Source: an uncultured Chloroflexia bacterium
GTDB lineage: Bacteria; Chloroflexota; Chloroflexia; QHBQ01; JADMIH01
Assembly (NCBI GenBank): GCA_963797095.1
Contig: CAWCNY010000006.1
Location: forward strand, 672,001-736,000
Length of the DNA: 64,000 bases
Direction of reading: 5' to 3'
The translations under genes were made by a program, and so were the position numbers. The notes beneath the pieces are model-generated. The model saw only the letters and a list, made by a program, of their open reading frames with translations, was not told the DNA's origin and made no database searches. This document shows, one piece after another, positions 37,863-47,778 of this stretch; position 1 is the stretch's first letter; every line of letters begins with the position of its first letter.

Positions 37863-39272
37863 ATGCCCACTAACGACAGGATCATTGTCGGCATTGACGT
37901 CGGCACCCATAAGATATGCACAATCGTGGCGGAAGCCGAGCCTGGCCCCAATATGCTCAATGTACTTGGTGTGGGCGCGGTGGCCTCGGAGGGTGTCACT
38001 AAAGGACTCATTACCGACATAGTCAAGGCAAGTGGGGCTATAGCGCATTCACTGGAAGCAGCCGAAAGGCAGTCCGGTTGCCGTATTCTGTCAGCCTACG
38101 TCTCAATATCAGGGCATCATATCTCATCGTTTAACAGCCGAGGACTGGTATCCGTTTCTCACCCCGATCACGTGATCGGCGCTGACGACCTGGAGAGAGC
38201 AGTAGAGGCTGCAAAAGCGGTAGCTATGCCTGCTGGGCGCGAGTTGTTACACGTTATCCCACGCACTTATACGATAGATGGGCAGGAGGGCATACGGAAT
38301 CCGGTTGGGCTTTCGGGTTGGCGGCTGGACGTGGAGACGCACCTTGTTACCGGCGCTAGCAATGTGCGCGAGAACCTGATCAGGTGCGTGCAGCAGGCCG
38401 ACGTGGAGGTGGACGACGCGGTGTTGTCACCTCTGGCTGGGGCCGAGGCCACGCTAACAGAGCAGGAGAAGAATCTGGGCGTGATGTACATCGATGTGGG
38501 TCATGGTACGACCGACATTGCGATCTATGTCGAAGGCTCAGTATGGCACACCAAAATCATTCCCATAGGTGGATGGCACCTGTCGAATGACCTGTCCATC
38601 GTGTTCAACATACCCTACGAGGCTGCCGAGGCGCTCAAGTTGCAGTACGGACGAGCGGTGGTGCCTGGCAGCAAACCGCACACAACCACTCTGCCGCAAA
38701 CCGTTAATGGCAAGTCTCATCCGGCGGGCGTGGGGGCAGCCTATGCAGCCGGTGATAGCTATGCCAATGGCAAACGTGAGCGGCTGGACGGCGAGATGAT
38801 AGCCATCGGCACTGGTGTTGAAGATGCAATGCTGGAGACCATAGGCTTCAACGACGAGCCAAAGCAGATCGGCAGAGGTGAGTTGAATGAAGTAATGGCG
38901 GCCAGGTTTGATCAGCTCTTCGGTATGATAGCAGATGAGATCAGGCGGAGCGGATATGAAGGTCTACTCCCTGGCGGCGTGGTGCTGGCTGGTGGTGTAT
39001 CCACCATACCTGGAATAGAGCAGTTCGCACGCACCAAGCTGAAAATGCCGGTACGCACAGGGCGACCCAGGAAGATAGGTGGCCTTGCCGAGGCGTTCGA
39101 CAGCCCGGCTTATGCGACGAGCGTTGGTCTTGTGCTGTGGGGTTTGCGACAGATCTCTCACCCACAACCGGGTTTGCGGCTCACCATGGGTAGCATGGGG
39201 CGTACGCGAAATGAGGGTGAGCCGGATAACATATTGGCTAAATGGCTAAAAAGGTTCTTACCGGGAGGTTAA
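37863..39272 (+). CDS. ftsA: cell division protein FtsA
   Basis: GIDVGT.KIC, G...G.I.D, IDG...I.NP.G..G.RL, ID.G.GTTD, G.VL.GG, P.YAT.VGL. Confidence 0.95.
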   Translation: MPTNDRIIVGIDVGTHKICTIVAEAEPGPNMLNVLGVGAVASEGVTKGLITDIVKASGAIAHSLEAAERQSGCRILSAYVSISGHHISSFNSRGLVSVSHPDHVIGADDLERAVEAAKAVAMPAGRELLHVIPRTYTIDGQEGIRNPVGLSGWRLDVETHLVTGASNVRENLIRCVQQADVEVDDAVLSPLAGAEATLTEQEKNLGVMYIDVGHGTTDIAIYVEGSVWHTKIIPIGGWHLSNDLSIVFNIPYEAAEALKLQYGRAVVPGSKPHTTTLPQTVNGKSHPAGVGAAYAAGDSYANGKRERLDGEMIAIGTGVEDAMLETIGFNDEPKQIGRGELNEVMAARFDQLFGMIADEIRRSGYEGLLPGGVVLAGGVSTIPGIEQFARTKLKMPVRTGRPRKIGGLAEAFDSPAYATSVGLVLWGLRQISHPQPGLRLTMGSMGRTRNEGEPDNILAKWLKRFLPGG

Positions 39273-39507
39273 GAACGTGATCGCGAGCATGGCCGCCAAA
39301 TTTTAACAATTTTAACAATTCGGCGGCCGTAGAGGTTGAAATGATTGGCGCTGATATTGTATTATCAGTCGTCGGCTCTATCGCATTCTTGCGATAGGGT
39401 CTTGAATTAGCTCAACTGTCGGTTCTCAGCACCGATATAGCGGCAGCCAGATCACTTTCCACACACCATCATATCGTGGCACTATCGGGGTAAGGAGGAG
39501 AATCGAG

Positions 39508-40881
39508 ATGTTTCCACCTAACGGGGGCAATACAAACCGCCCCGTGCCAATGTTCGGCCATGGCCGGGACAAAGACAAAGAACTTCCATCGGAGAACTTC
39601 GCTCAAATCAAGGTTATCGGCGTTGGTGGTGGTGGCTCCAACGCGGTCAACAGGATGATACAGGCGGGCGTGAAAGGTGTTGACTTCATATCTGTCAATA
39701 CCGACGCCCAGGCCCTGCTCAAGTCGGATGCCCCCACCCGCATCCGGATCGGTGACAAGCTTACCAAGGGCCTCGGTTCAGGCGGAAACCCTGAGACCGG
39801 CAGACGCGCCGCGGATGAGAGCAGCGAGGAGCTGTTCGAGGTCCTCAAAGGCGCGGATATGGTCTTTATCACGGCTGGTATGGGTGGCGGCACCGGTACC
39901 GGTGCCGCCCCCGTGGTCGCGCAGATATCGCATGAGATCGGGGCGCTTACCGTGGGCGTGGTAACCAAGCCCTTCATGTTTGAAGGTGCTCGTCGGCGGC
40001 AGGCTGCCGACGAAGGAATCGCGGCGCTCAGAGAGCAGGTAGACACTCTTATTACGATCCCTAACGACCGTCTCCTCCAGATAGCCGAGAAGAAGACCAC
40101 TATGCAGGAAGCGTTCCGCATCGCGGACGATGTTCTGCGCCAGGGTATCCAGGGCATTTCAGACCTGATCATCGAACCTGGATTGATCAACCTCGACTTC
40201 GCTGACGTGAAAAGTATCATGCAGGTGGCCGGCTCTGCGCTGATGGCAATAGGGCGTGGCACCGGCGATACACGCTGCGTGGATGCAGCCCGGCAAGCCA
40301 TCGAGTCGCCTCTGCTGGAGATCAGTATCGAGGGTGCCAAAGGTGTGCTGTTCAACATCACAGGTGGCCCTGACCTGGGCATCCTGGAGGTGAACGAGGC
40401 AGCCACGCTGATCAAAGAGCATGCGGACCCCGATGCCAACATCATCTTCGGCGCTGTGATAGATCCCGAAATGGGCAACGATGTGAAGATCACTTTGATC
40501 GCTACCGGGTTCGATTCGCTGCGGCGTAGCATCGAGATGCGTGGCGAGCACACATATGTGCGACGCGATACTGGAGCGTACTCTCCAAACTATGGCTCGC
40601 AGCCACCCAATCCATCACAGCAGCAGACCCAGGGCCATCCACATGGCCAGGGGCAACCTCAAGGATATACTAATGGGCAGGTGCGCATGCCTGCCGACTA
40701 TAGTAATGGCAACGGGAGCCAGCCTCCTGCCCGCACTCCAGACCACATCACCCCCGCACCAATGACGGTCCGCCCCATGCCTCAGAAATCTTCTCCTTAT
40801 TCCACACCCCAGGTTTCTGTCAACAGCCCCGACGATCTCGATATTCCTCCATTCCTGCGGGATAAGCACCAGAACCGGTAA
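39508..40881 (+). CDS. ftsZ: cell division protein FtsZ
   Basis: [35 protein letters not shown]-terminal DIPPFLR. Confidence 0.98.
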   Translation: MFPPNGGNTNRPVPMFGHGRDKDKELPSENFAQIKVIGVGGGGSNAVNRMIQAGVKGVDFISVNTDAQALLKSDAPTRIRIGDKLTKGLGSGGNPETGRRAADESSEELFEVLKGADMVFITAGMGGGTGTGAAPVVAQISHEIGALTVGVVTKPFMFEGARRRQAADEGIAALREQVDTLITIPNDRLLQIAEKKTTMQEAFRIADDVLRQGIQGISDLIIEPGLINLDFADVKSIMQVAGSALMAIGRGTGDTRCVDAARQAIESPLLEISIEGAKGVLFNITGGPDLGILEVNEAATLIKEHADPDANIIFGAVIDPEMGNDVKITLIATGFDSLRRSIEMRGEHTYVRRDTGAYSPNYGSQPPNPSQQQTQGHPHGQGQPQGYTNGQVRMPADYSNGNGSQPPARTPDHITPAPMTVRPMPQKSSPYSTPQVSVNSPDDLDIPPFLRDKHQNR

Positions 40882-40883
40882 GT

Positions 40884-40933
40884 ATAGATGGGACGAAAGT
40901 GAAGGACGAAGGTTACCCGCCTTCGTCCTTCGT
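40884..40933. repeat. inverted heptamer arms, GACGAAG family, between convergent genes
   Basis: ggacgaaagtgaaggacgaagg ... ccttcgtccttcgt; may act as terminator. Confidence 0.7.
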
Positions 40934-40935
40934 GT

Positions 40936-41583
40936 TTATGCCTCTGTCAGTTTGCCTTGCACCTTTCGGCGATAGTAGCGGCGGGCCTTGGCAGTGTTGC
41001 CACAGTCTTTCATGTCGCACCAGCGGCGGCTGTGGTTCTTGCTCGTGTCTATGAACATCCAGCCGCAGGTATCGCCCGCGCATTCGTGTACCCTGGCAAG
41101 CTTATTCGATATCAGGAGATCGGCGGCTGACCTGGCGATAGGCCAGAGAATACGCTCCAGGTTGCCTTCAGCGCTCTCCCAGCCCCATTGATAGCCATCT
41201 TGCGTGTGTTCGACGCGAGCGTGACACATGGCTTCGGCTATGTGGCTGTTGAGCAGATCGAAACTGTGGGTTTCGGGTGGCAAGCCCTCTGATGCCGCCA
41301 GGAAGGTGCGCTGGATCGACTCGCGCAGCTCTTTTGCCCTCCGGAAGGCTGATTCGGTCTCCTGGGGCCGGTCCTCGGCCACCTTATCGAGCGCCTGTTG
41401 TTCTTCACGAGTTATTACACCCGCCTGGCGTGCCCAACTGAGAATATCGGCATAAGATTCGAAATAGTCGTAGGTCGGGTTGAGCTTGTCGATGTAGTTG
41501 CCTCTTGTGTTCACAAAATCGAGGCACAACGCCCCGCCGACCAGGTCGTAGGTGCGCTCTCGCTTTTCTTCCATAGTTGCCAT
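40936..41583 (-). CDS. ABATE domain / CGNR zinc-finger putative transcription regulator
   Basis: GG.LCLDFVNT, C....CGW.F.D.SKN.SRRWC.M..CGN.AK.RR. Confidence 0.9.
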   Translation of the reverse strand: MATMEEKRERTYDLVGGALCLDFVNTRGNYIDKLNPTYDYFESYADILSWARQAGVITREEQQALDKVAEDRPQETESAFRRAKELRESIQRTFLAASEGLPPETHSFDLLNSHIAEAMCHARVEHTQDGYQWGWESAEGNLERILWPIARSAADLLISNKLARVHECAGDTCGWMFIDTSKNHSRRWCDMKDCGNTAKARRYYRRKVQGKLTEA

Positions 41584-41606
41584 ATCTGTTGCTCCGAATA
41601 TCAATA

Positions 41607-41681
41607 TAACCTGCAAAAAAGCCTTGACAGGTTAGGAAATCTGTGATATAATCTAACCATCAAAACCATTATAGATGGTTA
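41607..41681. promoter_or_regulatory. consensus promoter with two TAACC-N18-GGTTA operators
   Basis: TTGACA (41624)-N17-TATAAT (41647) with TG; palindromes at 41607-41634 and 41654-41681. Confidence 0.8.
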
Positions 41682-41718
41682 ACTGTGAAAAGTCAAGAGG
41701 TCAGGGCTGCGAACAGAG

Positions 41719-41928
41719 ATGAAAGGAGACATGGTGATGTTTGGCTGGTACGAGGCTGAGGCCGAGCAGAGGCAAAAGGAACGCCTGCACGAAGCCGAGC
41801 AAGAGCGAATGATCCGGACCGCCGGTATAGGGCGTCGCAGCCGTGCGAGGTTGCGGGGCCGAGCGATGGTGTGGGTCGGGAGCAGGCTGGTAGAGTCGGG
41901 TAGGCGTTTGCAATTGGATGATGAATAA
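41719..41928 (+). CDS. small hypothetical protein
   Basis: Downstream of a strong promoter; GGAG before ATG 41731 as alternative start; R..EAEQER...W.G..LV..G.RL pattern. Confidence 0.65.
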   Translation: MKGDMVMFGWYEAEAEQRQKERLHEAEQERMIRTAGIGRRSRARLRGRAMVWVGSRLVESGRRLQLDDE

Positions 41929-41978
41929 CAGCACGTTGCGGATAACAGGCTAAAGGGCCGAGAGAAGGGAGAGGTGAC

Positions 41979-42125
41979 ATGGAAGTCATAGTTATTCTTG
42001 TTGGTGCTGCCTTGTTTGAGATGGCGTCGCTCCTGTGGGGGAAGGACACCAGATATGGTGTGACCGACCCGGAGTGGGAGCGCAGGCGCACCTGGCGGGG
42101 TTTCACGCGCAACGGATCGCGATAG
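41979..42125 (+). CDS. 48-aa membrane peptide
   Basis: Not in ORF track; MEVIVILVGAALFEMASLLWGKDTRYGVTDPEWERRRTWRGFTRNGSR*; GAGGTG RBS. Confidence 0.65.
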   Translation: MEVIVILVGAALFEMASLLWGKDTRYGVTDPEWERRRTWRGFTRNGSR

Positions 42126-42280
42126 TACGCGAGATCGTTCGACGGGGCATGGCAGCGTCATGCCCCTTTGGTTTGCCTGGGGTGACTGTTTCATTGCCTC
42201 TTTTGCTATAATAAGACATATATGAAACCATGCACCGTAAATGACGGTGTTAATATAGCAGAGAGGTCTAAAGAACGGGG

Positions 42281-43384
42281 ATGGTAGCAGAGGCTAGAGG
42301 GTATACATTAGAGGTTGCGGATAGCTTTGATGATGGTGTGGGCGTCACGCGGGAGGAGTGGAACGGTCTCCTCGCGCGGGCGGCTTCGAACGTTGTGTTT
42401 CTGACCAGAGAGTGGCAGGAGACGTGGTGGCGGCATTTCGGAGGGGCGGCAGGCTGTAGGCTCCACTTGCTGGCATTGCGCGAAAACGGAGGAGCGTTAG
42501 TTGGCATTGCTCCTCTTTTTGTTGCTTATGAGGCTTTGCCTCCTGTGAAGGAGTATCGGCCAGGCGAGTTGAGGCCGGAGCGCGAGGGGGAGCCGCTCAG
42601 GATAGTGCAGTTTGTGGGCGGGATCGACGTGGCCGACTATTTGGACGTGATCGCCGAACCGGAGTGGATGGAGGATATTTGGGCCGGTGTGCTCGACTAC
42701 CTGCTTGAGAGGCGTGGCGAGTGGGACGCTATTGATTTCCATTCGCTGCCTGAGTGGTCGCCTTCGCGGGAGATTGTGGCGCGGCTGGGGGCCGAGCGCG
42801 GGTTGGAGTTTCAGGTGGTGGCCGAGGATGTTTGCCCGGTGGTGGAACTGCCCGGCGATTGGGATACTTACCTGATGAGCCTGCGGAAGAAGGACAGGCA
42901 TGAACTAAAGCGAAAGGTGCGCAAGCTTGAGGGACGGGACGATGTGCGCTGGCATCTTGTACCGCCGGACGACCCTGATAGAATGCGGCAGGAAATGAAG
43001 GTGTTCCTGGAACTGCACAGGAGCAGCGGAGTGGACAAAGCGCACTTCATGGACGATAAGATGGCGGCCTACTTCCTCGATATGGCGGAAGATATGGCTG
43101 GCACAGGCTGGCTGGACCTGGCGGTGCTGGCTGTGGATGGCGAACCTGCTTCGGCCTACCTGTCGTATATATATGGGGAGAGGTTGTATCTGTACAATTC
43201 CGGATATTCGCAGCGGTTCGCGGCTTATAGCGCCGGTGTGGCGCTGCTGGCTTACAGGATTCATAAGGCGATCTTGCAGGGGGTGAAGTGGTTCGACTTC
43301 CTGCGGGGCGACGAGGATTATAAATACGATTTCGGGGCTAAAGATACGTATGTGTATAGGGCCGTGTGGACGAGTGGCGAGTGA
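42281..43384 (+). CDS. GNAT family protein (CelD/BcsL-like)
   Basis: F...EW...WW.HF, LVGIAPL, DYLD, W..YL..L, Y.SGY, G..LL, FDFLRGDE.YK. Confidence 0.85.
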   Translation: MVAEARGYTLEVADSFDDGVGVTREEWNGLLARAASNVVFLTREWQETWWRHFGGAAGCRLHLLALRENGGALVGIAPLFVAYEALPPVKEYRPGELRPEREGEPLRIVQFVGGIDVADYLDVIAEPEWMEDIWAGVLDYLLERRGEWDAIDFHSLPEWSPSREIVARLGAERGLEFQVVAEDVCPVVELPGDWDTYLMSLRKKDRHELKRKVRKLEGRDDVRWHLVPPDDPDRMRQEMKVFLELHRSSGVDKAHFMDDKMAAYFLDMAEDMAGTGWLDLAVLAVDGEPASAYLSYIYGERLYLYNSGYSQRFAAYSAGVALLAYRIHKAILQGVKWFDFLRGDEDYKYDFGAKDTYVYRAVWTSGE

Positions 43385-43412
43385 CGAGTGACGAGTGACG
43401 AGTGACGAGTGG
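43368..43412 (+). repeat. heptamer array GTGACGA overlapping the GNAT stop codon
   Basis: ggacgag tggcgag tgacgag tgacgag tgacgag tgacgag tgg. Confidence 0.85.
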
Positions 43413-43524
43413 CCGGTGGTGTGCTGTGGATGTGTGGGCATAATTCGTGCATTGGGTTGTGTTTTGTTGGTATAGCTCAAAGTTAGATATAAGGTTAAGA
43501 TAGATCAAAGAGGATATAAGATAG

Positions 43525-44796
43525 ATGAGTAACATAGCGGTGATCAGTATGCATACCTGTCCTCTGGCGTGCCCGGAGGCTTTGCTCGGGGGGCGTGAGA
43601 CAGGTGGCATGAACGTGTATGTAAGGGAATTGAGCCGGGAGCTTGGGAAGCGTGGGCATCGGGTGGATGTCTTTACGCGGTTCCAGGACGAGCAGACGGC
43701 GCAGGTGGAGGAGTTCGGGGAGAACGCACAGGTGGTACACCTGGAAGCGGGGCCGCGAGCGCCATATGATAAGAACAGGTTGCCCATGCACGTGGACGAG
43801 TTCGTGGAGGGGATCGAGGAGTACGCCCGCGCTGAGGGGCTCAAGTACGATGTGATCCACAGCCATTACTGGGTGTCGGGCCTGGTAGCGCGCAAGTTGC
43901 AGCAGGCGTGGGATGTGCCCTTCGTGCAGATGTTCCACACGTTGGGCGAGTTGAAGAACAGCGTCGCCAAGGCGGTCGGCGACCGGGAAGTGGCGGCGAG
44001 GATCGTGGGTGAGGCATCGGTGATGCGCTGGGCCGACAGGCTGATAGCGGCCACGCCTCTCGAAGAGGAGCAGATGGTATGCCTGTACGGGGCTAACCAG
44101 TGCAAGATCGAGGTTATTCCGGCGGGCGTGGATACCAGCCTCTTTTATCCTCGTGATAAAGAAAACGTCAGGGAGTTATTGAGCTTGCCTGGTATCGAGA
44201 CGCCGATCCTGCTGTTCGTAGGACGGATCGAGAGGTTGAAGGGGATAGATACGCTGCTGGAGTCGGCGGCGGTGGTGAGCCGCTACTGCTCAGGGCGAGA
44301 TTTGAAGGTGCTGATCGTGGGTGGCGGCGGGCAGACCGAGGAGGAGAACGCGGAGCTACGACGCGTGGTTGAGCTGCACCACGACCTGAACCTTGAGGAG
44401 CAGGTGGAGTTCGTGGGGTCGAAGCCCCAGGAGATGCTGCCGCTCTATTACTCGGCGGCGGATGTGACGATCATGCCCTCGCATTACGAGTCGTTCGGGC
44501 TGGTGGCTGTGGAGTCGATGGCTTCGGGCACGCCTGTGATCGCCTCGAACGTCGGTGGATTGTCTTACACTGTAGTGGATGGCGAGACCGGCTTCCTGGT
44601 GGAGCAGGAGAACCACTTCCAACTGGCGGAGCGGGTGCATACTCTGTTGAAGAACCCGGAGATGCGAGAGCGGATGGGGGAGCAGGCGCATTTGCATGCT
44701 CAGCAGTATTCGTGGGAGAATATCGCTTCGCGGGTACTAGAGGTGTACGAGGAGGCGATCAAGGAGAGGCAGGGCGCGGAGCCTGCTTGCGCTTGA
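43525..44796 (+). CDS. GT4 glycosyltransferase, MshA-like
   Basis: S.HT.PL, GGMNVYV, HSHYW.SG, HTL, FVGRI..LKG, ESFGLVA.E..A.GTPV.A..VGGL. Confidence 0.85.
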   Translation: MSNIAVISMHTCPLACPEALLGGRETGGMNVYVRELSRELGKRGHRVDVFTRFQDEQTAQVEEFGENAQVVHLEAGPRAPYDKNRLPMHVDEFVEGIEEYARAEGLKYDVIHSHYWVSGLVARKLQQAWDVPFVQMFHTLGELKNSVAKAVGDREVAARIVGEASVMRWADRLIAATPLEEEQMVCLYGANQCKIEVIPAGVDTSLFYPRDKENVRELLSLPGIETPILLFVGRIERLKGIDTLLESAAVVSRYCSGRDLKVLIVGGGGQTEEENAELRRVVELHHDLNLEEQVEFVGSKPQEMLPLYYSAADVTIMPSHYESFGLVAVESMASGTPVIASNVGGLSYTVVDGETGFLVEQENHFQLAERVHTLLKNPEMRERMGEQAHLHAQQYSWENIASRVLEVYEEAIKERQGAEPACA

Positions 44797-44808
44797 TGTG
44801 GACCAGAT

Positions 44809-44920
44809 GAACCACAGAGGCCCAGAGGCCCAGAGGTTATTTGTGGTTCTTGTACACGAAGAGACGAAGGAGAGCGAAGGGCACGACGATTCTTTGGGGT
44901 TTGAAGTTCGAAGTTTGAGA
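44809..44920. repeat. short-period repeats (CAGAGG 8-mer hairpin, ACGAAG, AAGTTYG)
   Basis: gaaccacagagg cccagagg cccagagg ... tgtggttc; tttgaag ttcgaag tttgag. Confidence 0.6.
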
Positions 44921-45179
44921 TAGTTGTGGATTGTGGGAAGGGTGCATGCGATCGTTGGGATCATGTGCGCCCTTTCTTCATGTTCGGTTGTGCCGTGCCT
45001 GCTGCTCTTTTAGTATTGGGTTGGTAAGGTGCCGGACTCGGATGACATTGGGATGTTGTTTGCCCATCGGCTTCGTTGCTGCGGGGTTGGATTCGAGTCC
45101 TTATGCATTAGATCATAGCACATGAGTTCTGATATCACAAGTACGCAAATGGCTACATTTTTCGCAAATTTGGTGAGAC

Positions 45180-46388
45180 TCAGGGAGTTGGTTGGGTTGT
45201 TGGTAGGGCTGTGCTTACAGGTGAAGGGATTTCGGTACAGGCAGTTTTAGCGGGCATATCGAATTTGAAGGTCCATGTGTTGGTGGAGGAGTAGCCGGGT
45301 GGGCGGCTGCCGGAATAGGTATCGTTTACCAGAAGTATCCAGTCGGTAGTAGGGGCGTCCATGAGGGATTGGCCTGAGTAGCGGAAGCCGGGGTAGCCTC
45401 CGCGAAAGCCGGGGAACGGGCCGCAGTTGCCGAAGGAGCAGTCGCTCCAAAGCTGGATGGGCATAGAGCTCACAGAGCTTACGCCCGTGGTGAGGCTGGC
45501 GGTAGTGGTCCAATCGTTGGTGTTGGTGGAGGTGCCATCGATGAGAGTGCCGGTGTAGCTCATGTTGAAGCGGGCCTCGGTGGCTGTGATGAGGACGTAG
45601 TTGAGGGTCATCAGCACGTTGTTTCCGTAGGCCGGCCTCGGGATATCCATCAGACGGCATTGCTTGTCGAGGGTCGTTGCCAGGTCGAATGTAAAGGTGA
45701 TAGGTTTGTTGGGTGGCGGGATGGGGCTTGGCGATGGTATGGGAGTAGGAGTGTAGTAGACGCCTGGGGGCGCGGTGGGGATGGGGGAAGGGTATGGTGT
45801 GAAATAGGGCGAGTAATCGAGCATGGTGGGGAGTGTGAGGTGCATCGTGAGGGTGTCGGGTAGGGAGCCGAGCAACGACGTGTCAAAGACGAGGTAGCCG
45901 AACTGGGGAGTGGTTTCGCCTATAGGGTGGGATTGCCAGCCAAATTCGAATGTGTCAGTGTCCGGACTGAGGCTGGTTTGAGGAAGTACAGTTCCATCAT
46001 CGAGAGTCAGGCTTGGAGGTCTGTTATCCAGGGAGTTAGTTGCGATGAAATATGGGTAGGGCAAGGTTGGTCCTGCCACCGTGTAGGTGAAGATGAGGCG
46101 GTTGAGATCGGCGTAGCGGGTTTGGACAGAGACGGTTATGCCGTCGAGGGTCTGGGAGACAACGGAGGGTGTTGGACCGAGGGATGGAAGGGTAGAGGTC
46201 GGCTGGGGTGTTGGTAGGTAGACGAGATAAGCATAGACGGGGGTCGCGGTGGCGAAGGGGGAATAGGGAGTTATGGGCGGGTCGTTCTGGGCCACGAGTT
46301 GGGAGATGAAGAGGAATGCGGCTACTACGCCCGCTGCGAGCAGCAGGAGCAGAGAGCAGCCGATGATGGTGGGGTCGAGGCGGCGCAT
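45180..46388 (-). CDS. membrane-anchored Pro/Thr-rich extracellular protein (DUF4179-like domain)
   Basis: N-terminal TM, PT-rich linkers, SQT.DGITV.V...YAD.NRL...Y; start MRRL after GGAG. Confidence 0.7.
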   Translation of the reverse strand: MRRLDPTIIGCSLLLLLAAGVVAAFLFISQLVAQNDPPITPYSPFATATPVYAYLVYLPTPQPTSTLPSLGPTPSVVSQTLDGITVSVQTRYADLNRLIFTYTVAGPTLPYPYFIATNSLDNRPPSLTLDDGTVLPQTSLSPDTDTFEFGWQSHPIGETTPQFGYLVFDTSLLGSLPDTLTMHLTLPTMLDYSPYFTPYPSPIPTAPPGVYYTPTPIPSPSPIPPPNKPITFTFDLATTLDKQCRLMDIPRPAYGNNVLMTLNYVLITATEARFNMSYTGTLIDGTSTNTNDWTTTASLTTGVSSVSSMPIQLWSDCSFGNCGPFPGFRGGYPGFRYSGQSLMDAPTTDWILLVNDTYSGSRPPGYSSTNTWTFKFDMPAKTACTEIPSPVSTALPTTQPTP

Positions 46389-46521
46389 GAAATCTCCGGA
46401 GGTGCGGGATTGGTGTCGGCATATAGTCGGCATATAAACGTAGGGTGGGTTGGTTGCGGAGATTGTGCTCGTCAGGAGGGCGAGGCACAGCCCTATATGT
46501 GTGAAATGGCCGAATGTAGTA

Positions 46522-46719
46522 TCAGCCTGTGCCTACGATTTCTTCTGCGCAGATGTCGCAGTAGGGGGTGGTGGAGTTGGCTACTCGGATGCCGCAGTTC
46601 TGGCAGATGCGGTAGCCTTCTGACTTGCATTGGTCGCAGAGGACGGGGCCTTCGGCGTTTACAGGGCGACCACAGCGGATGCAGTGGTTGGTTTCGTTGG
46701 ATGGGTTTTCTGAGGGCAT
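46522..46719 (-). CDS. small double zinc-finger protein
   Basis: Four CxxC motifs in 65 aa; AAAGGA RBS. Confidence 0.7.
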   Translation of the reverse strand: MPSENPSNETNHCIRCGRPVNAEGPVLCDQCKSEGYRICQNCGIRVANSTTPYCDICAEEIVGTG

Positions 46720-46732
46720 TTGGGTCCTTTCT

Positions 46733-46814
46733 ATTGCGTACTGCGTATTTCTTATTGGGGCAGTTCTATATTGATGGGGTATACAGTACGCAATACGCAG
46801 TGCGCAGTACGCAG
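46733..46814. repeat. heptamer arms, TACGCAR family
   Basis: attgcgt actgcgt a ... tacgcaa tacgcag tgcgcag tacgcag. Confidence 0.75.
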
Positions 46815-46816
46815 TC

Positions 46817-47770
46817 TTACCATTGGATCTTTACTACCAGGGCTGTTATATCGTCCTCGTGGGCGCGATAGTTGTATGTGGCTGAGATGTCGGCTGGGTC
46901 GGGGAGGGAGCGCTCAGCCGAGCGCTCGTCGCTGCGGTCTACCAGGGTGGCAGCCGGGTCTATGGAGTTCATTGAGGCGGCGATCTCGTCGGTGGTGAGG
47001 TTGGCGTAGACGCCGTCGCTGCAGAGGAGGAGACAGTCGCCTGGTTGAAGCTGGATGGTGCTGAACTCGGGGGTGGAGGCCTCGGCGGAGTCGCCTAACT
47101 GACCGAAAACGAGGTTGCGCTGGGCGAAATATTTGACGGCATCCGGATCGAGCTTACCGAGGTCGAAGCCGGTGAAGGTGTCAAGCTCGTTGTCTATGGT
47201 TTCGGCCTGTTCGGGAGTTAGCCTCCCCTCTATGCAATCGAGGTGGACGAGATCCTGGTCCTCGGTGAGGAGGAGAAGCTCGCCATCGGAGTAGAGGTAG
47301 CAGCGGGTGTCGCCGTTCTGGCTGATGACGGCGCGGCGTCCGCCTTCGCAGAGGATAGTGGCGGTGAGGCAGGCGGCGGCCATCACGTCGCCCGCGGTTT
47401 TGCCTTCGGGTATTTGTTCTGGGGGAATGTCGCCCCCGGCGTTGATCTCGTGGAAGACGCGGGCATCGCCCTGGGCTATGACGGCAGAAAGGATCTCGCG
47501 GGCGGCGGAAACGGAAACGTTGTTGGGAAGGTCCTGGAGACGGTCGTCGAGGGTAGCGCGAAGGATGGCGGCAGCGTGCTCACCACCGATCTCTTTGCCG
47601 TTGACTACGCGGCGGCTGCCACCCATGCCGTCTATGACCGCGTGGGCAAGGCCGTTGTGGGCCGACCAGTAGGCGTCCTCGTTGCGCTCAGGGTGAGCAC
47701 GGCTGGGGGTGGATTTTACCCAGATGCGGGCGATGGTGGACTGGGGGGGTTGGGTTGTGGGTGGGTCCAT
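46817..47770 (-). CDS. PP2C-family Ser/Thr phosphatase
   Basis: NEDA, DGMGG, GD.R.Y, LT.D, LLCSDG, DD.T motifs; start at MDPP because upstream in-frame codons are repeat-derived. Confidence 0.88.
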   Translation of the reverse strand: MDPPTTQPPQSTIARIWVKSTPSRAHPERNEDAYWSAHNGLAHAVIDGMGGSRRVVNGKEIGGEHAAAILRATLDDRLQDLPNNVSVSAAREILSAVIAQGDARVFHEINAGGDIPPEQIPEGKTAGDVMAAACLTATILCEGGRRAVISQNGDTRCYLYSDGELLLLTEDQDLVHLDCIEGRLTPEQAETIDNELDTFTGFDLGKLDPDAVKYFAQRNLVFGQLGDSAEASTPEFSTIQLQPGDCLLLCSDGVYANLTTDEIAASMNSIDPAATLVDRSDERSAERSLPDPADISATYNYRAHEDDITALVVKIQW

Positions 47771-47778
47771 TTGGGTTT

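Noticed and set aside
42204-42230. dif-like site near the skew switch (gctataataagacatatatgaaacc)
   Set aside because: Arm spacing does not fit the 28-bp dif consensus; better read as an extended -10 promoter for the GNAT gene.
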